DNA from: Fistulifera solaris
Taxonomy: Eukaryota
Direction: 5' to 3'
Assembly: GCA_030295235.1 (NCBI GenBank)
Contig: AP026152.1
Span: 372,001-436,000, forward strand
Length of the DNA: 64,000 bases
Each line of letters starts with the position of its first letter. The first letter of the stretch is position 1. Positions 12,653 to 25,146 of the stretch are shown here, in pieces. The notes beneath the pieces were generated by a model. It worked only from the letters and a program-made list of their open reading frames with translations. It had not been told where the DNA came from and made no database searches. A program made the position numbers and the translations under genes.

Positions 12653-13030
12653 ATGTCTGGAAAAGGAAAAGGAAAGGGAGGTCGCGGAGACAAGAAATCC
12701 ACCAGCAGCTCCTCCAAGGCCGGCTTGCAGTTCCCCGTCGGTCGTATCGGACGTTACTTGCGTCAAGGAAAGTACGCGACGCGTATGGGTGCCGGAGCTC
12801 CCGTCTACTTGGCCGCTGTGCTCGAGTACTTGTGTGCTGAAATCTTGGAGTTGGCCGGAAACGCCGCTCGTGACAACAAGAAGACTCGTATTGTTCCCCG
12901 TCACATCACTTTGGCCGTCAAGAACGATGAGGAATTGAACAAGTTGTTGGGAGGAGTCACCATTGCCTCGGGAGGTGTGTTGCCCAACATTCACGCTGTC
13001 TTGTTGCCCAAGAAGACTGTGACCAAATAA
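12653..13030 (+). CDS. H2A: Histone H2A (copy 1)
   Basis: [10 protein letters not shown]...[11 protein letters not shown]...[11 protein letters not shown] at 12653. Confidence 0.98.
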   Translation: MSGKGKGKGGRGDKKSTSSSSKAGLQFPVGRIGRYLRQGKYATRMGAGAPVYLAAVLEYLCAEILELAGNAARDNKKTRIVPRHITLAVKNDEELNKLLGGVTIASGGVLPNIHAVLLPKKTVTK

Positions 13031-13094
13031 GCATCTTGACGTGTGCCGTTCTGACTGTTGGAGTCGAGCGTTTGCCTTGATTCTTTACCAAACC

Positions 13095-13110
13095 GGAAGT
13101 TTTAACTTCC
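13095..13110 (+). promoter_or_regulatory. Histone mRNA 3' stem-loop (H2A copy 1)
   Basis: AAACC-GGAAGT-TTTA-ACTTCC-ACCCA, 64 nt after the stop. Confidence 0.85.
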
Positions 13111-13543
13111 ACCCAAACCAACAAAGGACATCAGTCTTTCAAGGAAATTGAACTTTAACACCGTATCATAACTAGATAATATAGTCATTTGTTTATTCTT
13201 TCATTGTCATTTATTATTATTTGTTTTATCTTCTTGAGTGATTTCTATTCGTTTATAGTCTTTTCATTGTACGTACAGTACAGAAATTAAGGGTCGACAA
13301 TGCGTTCCTGCGCAAAGGATAGGAATAATAAACTTGAGTACCGTAAAGACATCATCTAAATTCAGTCATTTCGTCGGCACGAGCACACGACCCGTTGCGT
13401 GCCAACGGCGGACGATGCAGCGATGCGAGCAACAACAACAAATGCGGTGGCATGTATAAAAAGCAACAAAAACATCCGATGCGATCATTCCTTTCGTTTG
13501 TCTTGCTTAGATATTAAATTGAAGATAACCAAAGAATTGAATC

Positions 13544-14964
13544 ATGGTCGCTTCTGCCGTCTTCATCACGGATTTGTCCGGAAAATGCTCATCAGCCGCA
13601 ATTATCGCGGTGATGTACCGTTGAATAAAGCCGTAGAACGTTTTACCAAGTATTTACTTGATACACCCGACGAACAGAAGAAACCGATCTTTTTCACGGA
13701 TGTCAATGGCGAGTTTTTGCACGAAGAAGATGTGGGAGGGACCGGAATTGGAGGCGAAACCTATGTTTACATTGCCGTACGTCTGCTAATTCAATTCTTC
13801 CCCGCCGTTTTGCGTCTGATCCTCATCAGTCTCTTTTTTCTCTTTCCGTAGCTCTCCAATCTCTATATGTGCGCCGTAACAATAAGAAACAGCAATGCCG
13901 CTTTGACGTTGACATTTCTGTATCGCTTGTCCCAGGTCTTCAAAGATTACTTTGGCACACTCGAGGAAGAAAGCATTCGTGATAACTTTGTCATTATTTA
14001 CGAGTTACTCGATGAAACCATGGATTTCGGTTTACCGCAATCGCTCGACAGTACCATATTGCGTAGCTTCATTACGACGGGAGCCAACCGCATGGCCGAA
14101 GACACCCGCAGCAAGCCCCCGGTCGCCTTGACGAACGCGGTCAGTTGGCGTGCGGAAGGCATCAAGCACAAAAAGAACGAGATCTTCTTGGATGTCGTCG
14201 AGAAACTCAACTTGCTGGTGGCAGCCAATGGTACCGTACTGCATTCGGAGATTCTGGGAGCGGTCAAAATGAAGTCATTCCTTTCAGGAATGCCGGAACT
14301 CAAGCTCGGTTTGAACGACAAACTCATGTTCGAAGCGACGGGCCGGGCCAATCAAGCACGCGGTAAATCGGTAGAACTTGAAGATATCAAATTTCATCAA
14401 TGCGTTCGTTTGGCTCGATTCGAAAATGACCGAACCATTTCGTTCATCCCACCCGATGGCGAGTTTGATCTCATGACGTACCGACTCAATACCCACGTCA
14501 AGCCCCTCATTTGGGTCGAAGCGGTGGTGGAACCTCATAAAGGTAGTCGCATTGAATACATGGTCAAGACGCGGTCGCAGTTCAAGTCGCGATCGGTCGC
14601 CAACAATGTCGAGATTATCATTCCGGTACCACCCGATGTCGACAGTCCGTCTTTCAAATCGTCCGTCGGTACGGTCACGTACTTGCCCGACAAGGACGCG
14701 GTGGTGTGGAAAATCAAACAGTATCACGGTGGACGGGAGTTTTTGATGCGGGCTCATTTTGGGCTACCGAGCATCAGTGCCAATGATCAGAAGGCCGAGA
14801 ATTCGTGGAAAGCGCCGATCCGCGTCCAATTCGAGATTCCCTACTTCACCGTGTCGGGCATTCAAGTTCGGTATTTGAAAATTATTGAAAAGAGTGGTTA
14901 TCAAGCTTTACCATGGGTGCGCTACATTACGGCCAATGGAGACTATCAACTTCGAATGGCATAA
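13544..14964 (+). CDS. AP1M: AP-1 adaptor complex mu subunit; intron 13777-13851; 1-nt frameshift near 13585
   Basis: MVASAVFITDLSGK-MLISRNYRGD, SIRDNFVIIYELLDE, KFHQCVRL, YQALPWVRY. Confidence 0.95.
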
Positions 14965-15043
14965 TATTTAATACAGATGTTTCGATGTGTGAAGTAGCCA
15001 TGAAGTGCCAATTAGACATGATTTCTATAAGCTCGTTAATTAA

Positions 15044-17633
15044 TCATTGAAAGGGAGCAGTACTCTCGTCCGATGTAGCGTTACCTTCCGACAAAGCACT
15101 TTGCACCTCCGTAACAGTTGCGGCTTCCGGTGCTTTTGCTTCTTTAAGGGGCTCTTCAACGATTTCTGGGCAAACGTCTTCGATCACCTGAGCGACAAAT
15201 GGGCTTTTTCTCTTTTGACTCCTCTCTTCGTTCAGCGGCCACCTTTTGTAAGTTTGCCGACCGATCTTCTTCCGATAATTCAGGACTGGTTGTCTTGGTA
15301 TCTGGGGCAGCACTAGAGATTCCAAGTTGCAACAACTCGACTTCCTCGGAATCCGCTTCTAATCCTCTTCCGCGAAGGACCTCTTTGCGTTTTCCTTCCA
15401 CAATGGCATTTACTTCCTCAGGCGCTACGCCTAGGTTTCGCATTACAGCTGCCGCAAAGGGTAGTGTAAGAAGCAAGTTATCTTCAGGAAGAATAGGCAC
15501 CATAGCAGCCACATCCAAGGTCTTCTGCAAACGACTTGCGTGGTCCGCATCCGCAGCACGCGCAAAGATCTTCAGGTCCGGGTACCAACGTCGAAGCGCA
15601 ATCACGACACGATTGGCTTGCGCTTTGTCTGCTATACAAACTACAACACATCGAGCTTTGCCAATGTTGAATGCTTCCGCAACTTCTTGACGACCAATGT
15701 CTCCGTAGAAGACGGGTAGCCCCTTATTTCGCGCTTGAATAGCTTTGTTGGGATCCACCTCCAGCCCCACATATTTGATAAACTTGCGATCCAGCAAGTC
15801 ACAAACTACCTTTCCAACGGCACCGTAGCCCACGACAGCAGCGAAGTCATCGCTCTCCTTAATTTCGTTGGCGTCACGATCTTGTCCTAAGTAATGAGTA
15901 AAGTCACTCTTCTCCTCCAACACTTTCGCGATGCGTCCTCCTGCAGATGCCATCAGCGGCGTTGCCGCCATGGTTAAACTAACGGATGTCAACAATAGTT
16001 TGGTAGTTGCGGGATCGAGGATACCCAAAGATCGCGCCAAGCCAAAGGCAACAAAGGCAAATTCTCCTCCCTGACTTAAAATCAGTCCTGTTTGTGAAGC
16101 TGTGGACATACTCAACCCAAAAGCTAGCGAAAGGGCAGTCGTAACGGCAGCTTTGAGTGCTAAGATGGCCAAGACGAGAGAGCCCACCAAAGGGAGGTTC
16201 GAGAGAACCAAGCCAACGTCAATCTCAAATCCTACCGTCACAAAGAAGAGCCCCAACAACACTCCACGGAACGGAGCAATATCGGCTTCAATCTGATAAC
16301 GGTATTTCGTTTCAGATAATAGCACACCTGCCAAGAAAGCTCCCAATGTGTTACTCAATCCCAGTCCTTCCGTCATAAACGACATGGATAGAACTGTCAA
16401 AAGAATAACACCTAAAAATGCTTCTTGAGACTGTGCTTGAGCCACTGTCCGGAACAAGGGATTGACAACAAACCGACCAGCAGCGGCAATGGATCCCAGT
16501 GCCAATCCGGCTTTGACAACAGCATTGAACACGGCTCCCGCAAGTCCACGACCGCCACCCGCCAAAATAGGCGTTACAACGAGCAGAGGGACCACGGCTA
16601 AATCTTGAAAGAGTAGCACACCGAATGCAGCCTTACCAAAGCGAGTGGCCAACTGATCATTATCTTTCAAGAGCTGCAGAACGAATGCAGAACTACTCAA
16701 TGCCAGCCCACCGCCCAGCACAACTAAAGCATTGGCTGGCAATCCCAGTAATCCTCCAATACCAGCGGCCACCAGAGCCGTCACAATAAACTGACTAAAG
16801 CCCAATCCAAACACATCCTTCTTCATGGAAAGCAAACGCTCCACCGACAATTCCAAGCCCATTTCAAACAAGAAGAATACAATCCCGAGTTCCGCCAACG
16901 TTTCGGTCGTATGAATGCCCGAAATCAAACCCGCCGCGTTGGGTCCCAACAGCATACCGGCCGCCAGAAAGCCCAAAATGGGCGAAGTCCCGAGACGTTT
17001 GCACAGTGGCGTCACTAGAGCGGTGGCCAAGAGCAACAACAAGGTATCCGATTTGGGGCCTTCCATGTACTTCATTAAATCTTCGGCGGCTTCGCGGAGC
17101 GTCTTTTTGGTTTCACGGCCCGCCGTGACCAATTGATCTTCGACGACTGCGGTCTTTTTGGGAACGACGGCTGGGCCGCCGCCGCCTCGATGCCAAGTGG
17201 ACGACGATGTGGAGTACGTGGGAAGCTGTTGTTGGACGACTCGTTCAATGGGAGTACTCGAAGCACACGGCGGTGCATCTTGCACAGGGAGAGCCATTGT
17301 AAAGAGCGAAAATGCCAGTGCAGCGGCTACCAAAAGACTGCGGCGCTTCGATCGTTGCCAAAGAAGGACTTTTCCCATCCATTTCGTACAAAACTTGGAA
17401 AACGTTGCACAGGATCGGCGCAGTCCCCAACGACGAGGAGTTTCGTCTTCATCGACGACGCGGGCTTCTACGTCTATTGTTTTGGAAAACAGAGTCGATT
17501 GTTGTTGTTTGGCAACGAAGAAGTTGCTTTTTACAGTAACAGGCGGCACCAGCCGGGCAGAGGATGACAATCCTTCCGTCGATATCGCACAAAAAGCCAA
17601 CAGCAGCGCTGCTAGCAAAGTATTTCGACCCAT
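15044..17633 (-). CDS. Kef/KEA-type K+/H+ antiporter (CPA2 + TrkA-N/KTN domain) with signal/plastid presequence; C-terminal frameshift near 15207
   Basis: LAELGIVFFLFEMGLELS, LLFQDLAVVP, LSQGGEFAFV and VVGYGAVG...VFYGD motifs. Confidence 0.92.
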
Positions 17634-18125
17634 GAGCGACTTGTTCTCGCTCTCGTGCCTCTCACTAAGGGTTTCCGGCTAGGATGGATGCCAAGGAGGT
17701 GCAAGAGGTTGCTTCTCCAGACATAAACGTGTATCGTTGGCTTGTGACCGTTGTGATGTGTTTTATTTTTTTTGTCCGCGATCTTCTGGATTTGCGCGGC
17801 TCTCGCCCGCGGCCGCGGCCGCGTGCGTATCTCCTGACCGTCTGCCTGTCGCGTGTTCATTGCCGCTGCGATACCTAGTACGGACGTTGACGCATTCGAC
17901 ATTCGACGTTTTCCAAGACTGGATGTGCTTGAGTAATCAATTATTCAGTTGACTTTTTTTTAGGAGTAAAACTAAGGTGCTGATGCAATCATTATTTTTT
18001 CATCACGTCAAATGCTAACACGGCCAAGTATTAAGTAATTAACGAAATTATTTCGTGGTTGCAGCAAGCAAATAGTCCACTTCTTTCAAAATAGCAGTCT
18101 TATGTTCGCTCCATGTTTCCGACTT

Positions 18126-18222
18126 TCGTTGTGCTGTTGACAGAATCGTTGGAATGAACAGCATTGCGACTTTTTTAGCAATCGTTGTGCTGTTGATAGA
18201 ATCGTTGGATTGAATACCATTG
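18126..18222. repeat. Imperfect direct repeat, 2 x ~41 bp, period 56
   Basis: tcgttgtgctgttgacagaatcgttggaatgaacagcattg / tcgttgtgctgttgatagaatcgttggattgaataccattg. Confidence 0.75.
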
Positions 18223-18443
18223 TTGCACTCGATGACGGCGACGGACTAGTTAAATCTTACTACTCCGTACTCCGCATGTATTGCTCGGACTCGCAACGAA
18301 ATTTGAAACTCCTTTCTTCTAAAGCGGCGTTTATTCAATAATTACTGATACAGTACTGCATTCACCCTCAATTAGAACAAGTTTAACATACCAGTAATAA
18401 CAAAGCACGAAGATTACACAGAAACCAAGTTGGCTCCACACAC

Positions 18444-19549
18444 TTAGCGCCCCATCTTGCCTTCCATATAATCACGCATAGCTTGTTGAATTTCCGCTTG
18501 TGTATTCATCACAAAAGGACCTTGTGCCGCAATGGGTTCATCGAGAGGTTCTCCACCCAAAATCAACAGAGCAGTGTCAGATTCCACGACACGGAGACGC
18601 AACATGTCACTCCCATCCAGTCTCATCAACGCCACATCTTGTGGTCCGAGCTTCGACGTTTTCATTTTCTGATCGTCCTCGCCACTCAAGACTTCAATCG
18701 AGCCTCTTCGTACAAAGACAATACAGTTGTGATGCGCCGGAAAGGGCAGATCAACTTCGGATCCGACGTGCGGCAATTGGACGTCCCACATTTGCACGGG
18801 CGAAAAGGTGGAAGCTGCACCTTTCGTGTCCCCCAACTCACCCGCGATGATGCGGGCTTTCCCGAGAACGTCGTCCGAGTTTAGAGGCAAAGCTACTTCG
18901 GGAATATCTTCCTTGGCAATGGGTTGATAACGAGGCTTGGTCATTTTGTGTTTTTTCGGCAAATTCACCCACAGCTGACACATTTCCAATGTACCGCCCT
19001 TCTTGGTAAATTCTTTGCTGTGATATTCTTCGTGAATGATACCGCGCCCGGCCGTCATCCACTGTACATCTCCTTCACCAATCACGCCACTGTTCCCCGT
19101 GCTATCGTGGTGTTCAATTTCTCCCTGCATGGCGACTATAACGTGTGTGTGAGAGATTGCTCAGGAACAATAGCGAGGACATCCCAATACTGACTCGACT
19201 TACCCGTCACAGTTTCAAAACCTCGATGAGGATGTTGACCAACACCCCGAGGTTTCGTACTCAAATGCGCATTGAATTTCTTGGGATCGGCATAATCGAA
19301 CATAAGCAATGGACTGAGTTCGTTGGTGAAGGCGAGACTGCCAAAGACCGGATAAACGTGAAAGCCGTCGCCCACCCAATGTTTGGCAGGGCGTTCCATC
19401 ACCTTTCGGACCGAGCGAAATTTCGTCATGTTATTCGCAATGCAAGTATCAATGTTGTTATTCGACGAGAAAGCCGACGAGGTAGGATGAATGAAAGCTG
19501 TCAAAAGACTAATGGCCGAGAGCGGGGAAGTCCAGACCGAAGTGCGCAT
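18444..19549 (-). CDS. Pirin-family protein with N-terminal presequence; intron 19136-19203
   Basis: HPHRGFETVT, VQWMTAGRGIIHEE, QLWVNLP, GPFVMNT. Confidence 0.95.
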
Positions 19550-20119
19550 ACAGTATGCAATTCAATTCAACCTCTGCGTTTAAACTTGAAGAGAGGATTG
19601 CGTCTTCTTAATACCGCTTCTTAATGTGGATAAAGGAAAGTATCTGTGATGGGAAAGGCCCGAACGCACCATTCATTCATCCGAAAAGACTGTTGTTCGG
19701 TGAAGTCAACGAACATCACCGACAAAAGACAGAACGCGGCGGGCCACGTTTTTATTTTTGATGCATCAGAGCAAAACGCCAGAAAATGTACTGAGGGTTG
19801 AGGTTATTACGTCACAAAAGTGACTTTGCCTCCTCTTCACTCCAGCTTCTGTCTAAGGTTAAATCTTTCTTCAGGTCTAGGAATCCGCCATCCATCTGTC
19901 TAGCTACTTGTTTTTTTTAACTTTTGCATATCAAAATCTTCAGATTTAATAAATGAAATAATAATGTTGAGTAAGCTGTTTGTATTTTGTATGTACACGA
20001 TGCCGCCCCTTAAAGACGTTATTGCTTCGAATGGGGATATTCCTTCTTTCCATGACTCTCAGCCAAGCAGAATAGGAAGCTCGAAAACACACCGTTCGCC
20101 TTCTTCTGCGCTACTCGCT

Positions 20120-21355
20120 TTATTCCTCATCCGACAGATCTTCCGGATGAAGAAACAGACGATTCATTTTCGATACCGACAACATGGAACCGCCCGCGAC
20201 CCAAGGAAGGGCTTCCACGTCCTTGACTTTGAAGCCAATGGGTTTGCCTTCATCTAACATTGTTTGGACCTTTTTGATGAATTGGGCCTTGTTGGGTTGA
20301 CCCAAACGTGCGTACCACATGTAACATTTTTTGCCCGTTTCCACGTCCACGACGTGCGGTTCATTCGATTCCTGGGGTCGTTCGGGGACGGGAGGGAGGC
20401 TTTTGCTGGCTGTTTTCGCAACAGGTGCGACGGGAGAGATGCTTTTGGTGGCCTCTTTCGCAACAGGTGGAACGGGAGGGGTGCTTTTGGTTGTTTCTTT
20501 CGCGAGAGGTGAAGAGACGGGTACGTGAACTTTTTCCGGAATGCCCTCTTTCGGTTTCTTCGTCTCATCCTTTGGAGAAGCACGGCTTTTATTGCTGGCT
20601 TTGACAGTCCGAAAGGACCTTTGCTTCTTTCGACGAACAGTCTCCGCTGGTATCTCTATTTCGACTTCTCTCATGACGGTCACTTTGGTGACAACGCGTT
20701 TCAAAATCTTTTCGTGAGCGGACTCGGAGGAATCCGAGGCGGCCTCGCGGGCTTTCCGCCGGGCTTCCATGCGTTCCTGACTTTTGTGTTTCCATTCGCG
20801 TTTCATATTCTTTGCAGCATCACAATGATCCCTACTGAATCCGTGATAATAATCTTTGGGTTTGTGTTTCATTCGTTCGACTGGTTTGGTGGGTGCTGGC
20901 TCTGGTTCCTCATCCGGTTCATCATCGGCCTTTTCTTTCTCATCGTCCTCCTCTTTCTTTTCCTTGTTCCGAAAATTAAACCAACTCTTTCGTTTCGGCT
21001 TTTCTGGAGCAGCAGCCGACTTTGTTGGCGTTTTCTTGGTAGCTGCCGGTGTCGAAGCACGTTTCTGCGGATTTTGGGAAGGCGCACTACGTTTGGGTTT
21101 CGCATTCGCTTTTAATGCTCTCTTTATCTTGCGGTTCTCGCGACGTATCCGGGCTTCTTCTTCCGCCTCCGAGTCGGTGACGTAATCCGATACTTCAATT
21201 TCTTCTTCTCGCTTCACAATCTCTTTTCGAGCCGGACGGATGATCACCGTTTCGTACGAAGAATCACTGTCATCGTCATTCTTCTCGGGTGCCTTCGTCC
21301 CCAATGTGAGTTCGGACACGACCGAGGCATCAGATGCACTGCTTTTCGTTCTCAT
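20120..21355 (-). CDS. Uncharacterised charged/disordered protein with compact C-terminal domain
   Basis: 411-aa ORF; K/E/P-rich body with PVAK repeats; C-terminal CYMWYARLGQPN...VEALPW. Confidence 0.7.
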   Translation of the reverse strand: MRTKSSASDASVVSELTLGTKAPEKNDDDSDSSYETVIIRPARKEIVKREEEIEVSDYVTDSEAEEEARIRRENRKIKRALKANAKPKRSAPSQNPQKRASTPAATKKTPTKSAAAPEKPKRKSWFNFRNKEKKEEDDEKEKADDEPDEEPEPAPTKPVERMKHKPKDYYHGFSRDHCDAAKNMKREWKHKSQERMEARRKAREAASDSSESAHEKILKRVVTKVTVMREVEIEIPAETVRRKKQRSFRTVKASNKSRASPKDETKKPKEGIPEKVHVPVSSPLAKETTKSTPPVPPVAKEATKSISPVAPVAKTASKSLPPVPERPQESNEPHVVDVETGKKCYMWYARLGQPNKAQFIKKVQTMLDEGKPIGFKVKDVEALPWVAGGSMLSVSKMNRLFLHPEDLSDEE

Positions 21356-21782
21356 GATATCGATGCTGTGAATAGTGAGACTTTACAATAGTTCTTAGGG
21401 TCATGGTAAAGCATCCATGCTCTTTTCCGCGGGTCATGGCTCATGGCATGCCATTTTGCGCTTTCGTCGTTCACAGAAAAATCCTGCATGGCTACAAAAT
21501 ACGCACTTACAGTGCTGAGTGTACTAAGTCTCATCGGACTGTACACTCCTGTATACCGTTAGGCTTTTTCAACAATCGTTTCGGGTTTCGGCCAAGGTTG
21601 TCTCGGCTGCTGATTCAGTCCCGTAGCTTGGATCTTTTTCAGTCTCGAGTTGCTTCGTTCGAGCCAAAAGCGCGGCGCACTTTCGCGCTTTCTTCGCGGC
21701 TGATTTCCCCGTCTATTTGCGCAGCAACGATCTTTCTCCTCCATCATTCATTTCGTTTCCAGTTTACACGCAATTTTCTACC

Positions 21783-22037
21783 ATGTTGACGCTCATGAAA
21801 ACGTTGCTTCTTGTTGTGATGTTTGTAGTGGTCTCGGCCGAAATTCAAGCGACGGTGAACCGACTGGATTGTGAAGATGCCCACGACGGGTTGACGGTGC
21901 ACTGTCAATTTGCGCTCGACCGCAAAGCGCATCGCAAGAATCTCGATACCTGCATTCATATTGGCAAGGAATCCTTTTGTATCGAAGCGAAAATACAAAC
22001 GCTCATTCGAAAAATGCACGGTTATGACGATCTTTAG
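21783..22037 (+). CDS. Small secretory-pathway protein (4 Cys, C-terminal YDDL)
   Basis: Hydrophobic signal peptide MKTLLLVVMFVVVSA, 84 aa. Confidence 0.55.
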   Translation: MLTLMKTLLLVVMFVVVSAEIQATVNRLDCEDAHDGLTVHCQFALDRKAHRKNLDTCIHIGKESFCIEAKIQTLIRKMHGYDDL

Positions 22038-22332
22038 GAGAGGGGGCGACGCGAAAAACGCCTTGCAGTCTTGTAAAATCACGTTGAATCTCAGCAGTCT
22101 TCTGGCTTGAAGAAGCAAGCACGTGTTTATGGTATACTTTAGCATAATGTTGAGCAATTAGTGATAACAATAGTTGGGGTTTGAGAACATTTTTTAATCG
22201 ATTATGACGTTGACACGGTAGCGGAGGTCCTTTTCGAATCAGTGAAAATGGAATCAGTTACAGAGTATTATTTTACTAGTATACGAAACGTAAGTTCCTC
22301 GAATTCAGAGCACGTGCTTTGTTGGTTTGGGT

Positions 22333-22348
22333 GGAAGTTAAAACTTCC
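22333..22348 (-). promoter_or_regulatory. Histone mRNA 3' stem-loop (H2A copy 2)
   Basis: Minus strand AAACC-GGAAGT-TTTA-ACTTCC-ACCCA, 55 nt after the stop. Confidence 0.85.
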
Positions 22349-22403
22349 GGTTTGGTAGGAAATCGAGGCAAACGCTCGACTTCATCAGGGCACGTCAAGA
22401 CGC

Positions 22404-22781
22404 TTATTTTGTGACAGTCTTCTTGGGCAACAAGACAGCGTGAATGTTGGGCAACACACCTCCCGAGGCGATGGTGACTCCTCCCAACAACTTGTTCAAT
22501 TCCTCATCGTTCTTGACGGCCAAAGTGATGTGACGGGGAACAATACGAGTCTTCTTGTTGTCACGAGCGGCGTTTCCGGCCAACTCCAAGATTTCCGCGC
22601 ACAAGTACTCGAGCACAGCGGCCAAGTAGACGGGAGCTCCGGCACCCATACGCGTCGCGTACTTTCCTTGACGCAAGTAACGTCCGATACGACCGACGGG
22701 GAACTGCAAGCCGGCCTTGGAGGAGCTGCTGGTGGATTTCTTGTCTCCGCGACCTCCCTTTCCTTTTCCTTTTCCAGACAT
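22404..22781 (-). CDS. H2A: Histone H2A (copy 2; same protein as copy 1)
   Basis: Translation identical to 12653-13030, in inverted orientation. Confidence 0.98.
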   Translation of the reverse strand: MSGKGKGKGGRGDKKSTSSSSKAGLQFPVGRIGRYLRQGKYATRMGAGAPVYLAAVLEYLCAEILELAGNAARDNKKTRIVPRHITLAVKNDEELNKLLGGVTIASGGVLPNIHAVLLPKKTVTK

Positions 22782-23081
22782 GGTGATGGTAGTTTTGTTT
22801 TTGTTTTGATAATGTAAAAACGAGCTGTCAACAAGGGTTGCTTGTGATTTTGTGATGCCGTCCTGGACGAGAAAAGCGCGAGAAGTTGCCGAGCCCGATT
22901 TTAAAAAGTGGCTTCTGTACATTTGCTACTGACAGCTACATACATAGGTGCTGGTACAGATGCTACAGGGCAATCTGCGCCACTGCCGTTCCTGTAAAGT
23001 TTATACCAGGGTCTACGTAAAAGTCATGTTGAAATATTGCACCATTCGCGCGCCGTACTTTTTTACGGGGGTTTCTCGTAG

Positions 23082-23588
<507 letters not shown>

Positions 23589-23628
23589 GTTCGTTACTCC
23601 TTTGCCTCGGTATGAGGTTATCCAAACC

Positions 23629-23644
23629 GGAGGTCTTTACCTCC
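23629..23644 (+). promoter_or_regulatory. Histone mRNA 3' stem-loop (H3)
   Basis: AAACC-GGAGGT-CTTT-ACCTCC-ACCCA, 40 nt after the stop. Confidence 0.85.
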
Positions 23645-23806
23645 ACCCAAACAAACAAAGACACATTTTGCCTTGATTCGGAAACTTGTTGTATTTGGTA
23701 TTTCGAAACTTCTTTTGGTCTCTACTACTCAGTATCGTCCTTTATTATTTCTTTTAGCTTTTAGTAGACTTACCTGGTGCTTGTAATCATTATTATTTCT
23801 GCCAAT

Positions 23807-24508
23807 TTACAAGACATCGTCAGTGATCCATCGTGTCACCCTATCACGTAAGTCATCTTCATTATCACTTTTCACTAATACCACTTGCCTGTCCTCTCTA
23901 TCGTGTCTTTCTTTCGTTCGCAATGCCCCCTTCCAATATACATCACTATCCAGCTGCGTTGCTAGGATCATCATGGGGACGGATCCTGGTTCGAGTTTCA
24001 TGGTCCAATGGGCATAATGCTCGACGTAGTCATGGAATAAGGAACGCGACGCACTCGTTGTCGCGTAATAACGCTCCAGTGCCTGGACGCTATCGCCGTG
24101 GTCCAGTGGCAATGGATCGACCATGATCAGGCCCTGGAGTGGCAACGACTCGAGATAAAATTGTGCCAACCACGAAATCATGGGACCCCGACTCAACAAA
24201 ACCGCATCATGAGTCCCAAGATGAGACAGATCGCTCGACAGTTCTCGGAGGGCCGCATCAAAATCATGGGTCGCCGTGACAGAAATTTGTGCAAAGGAAA
24301 ATCCGTGCTCGTGGACCAAAGTCGAACGCCACGTATTCCAAGACTGCGCATAAAAACCTTCGTCTTCGGCCAAGACAATGGTGCATGGTCGTTCTGGAAC
24401 AAGACTCGTCAAGACCGGCTCTTCTATCATGGTCAACAGATTGCGACGGAGGAGGGGAACGCATTTATTGGGAAAACTCCGCGACAGCAGGGATACAGGG
24501 TAGATCAT
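23807..24508 (-). CDS. Hypothetical protein, degenerate alpha/beta-hydrolase-like fold
   Basis: 233-aa ORF; VLLSRG...LAQFYLESLPLQGLIMVDP resembles a nucleophile-elbow region. Confidence 0.55.
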   Translation of the reverse strand: MIYPVSLLSRSFPNKCVPLLRRNLLTMIEEPVLTSLVPERPCTIVLAEDEGFYAQSWNTWRSTLVHEHGFSFAQISVTATHDFDAALRELSSDLSHLGTHDAVLLSRGPMISWLAQFYLESLPLQGLIMVDPLPLDHGDSVQALERYYATTSASRSLFHDYVEHYAHWTMKLEPGSVPMMILATQLDSDVYWKGALRTKERHDREDRQVVLVKSDNEDDLRDRVTRWITDDVL

Positions 24509-25146
24509 CGTTTTTCGTCCGACCTTTTTTTTTGTTCATAAGCAACTGCTTTCTGTAGTTTTTAGCGCGGTGACAAATCGCCTCTGAGAATAAAAAAGCA
24601 TGTTGTGTTCTACAGAACGTATGTTAATGACAAGGTATACTTGACAACAACAAAAAACAAACATTCCGTTGCAATAGGAAAAAGTGCACTTCTGCCATTG
24701 TCTCTCAAGACTCACCTCTGGCATCTTGAGTCACTCGTTGATCGTTGCTAATAGAGCATCGACGTACAGACTGAAAAGATGTTTGGTGTGTAAAGTAAAG
24801 TGTACAGGCATGAGTACCGCTTCGCCCTCAACGCTAAAAACTCTCAGCAGGGACGCAAGAAACGACGAGACGAAGGGGACCTTGCTTTTTGCGGTCCATT
24901 GATGTCGTTAACGAAGCAAATAATAATCAACCCCGATGCTTCGCGAAACAAATTCGAACTATTGGTTCTAGATAATTTTACTAGAGCTAATCAGAGAGCT
25001 GAGCGTGCGCTTGCAGAAAGTAGGTGACGAAACGTTTCGGGTGAACAGGAGAGACCCCTATATAAGGTTTCAGCACTCTCTTTCTCATCGGGAAGTCTGT
25101 TTCGGAAAATTTTATCAATTTTTTTACAGTAGAGTGAGACATAAGT

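Noticed and set aside
13095..13110. Histone hairpins as bacterial rho-independent terminators
   Set aside because: The context is eukaryotic, there is no U-tract, and the hairpins are followed by the conserved ACCCA.
18126..18222. CRISPR-like array
   Set aside because: Only two degenerate copies with a 15-nt spacer, no cas genes, and a eukaryotic genome.
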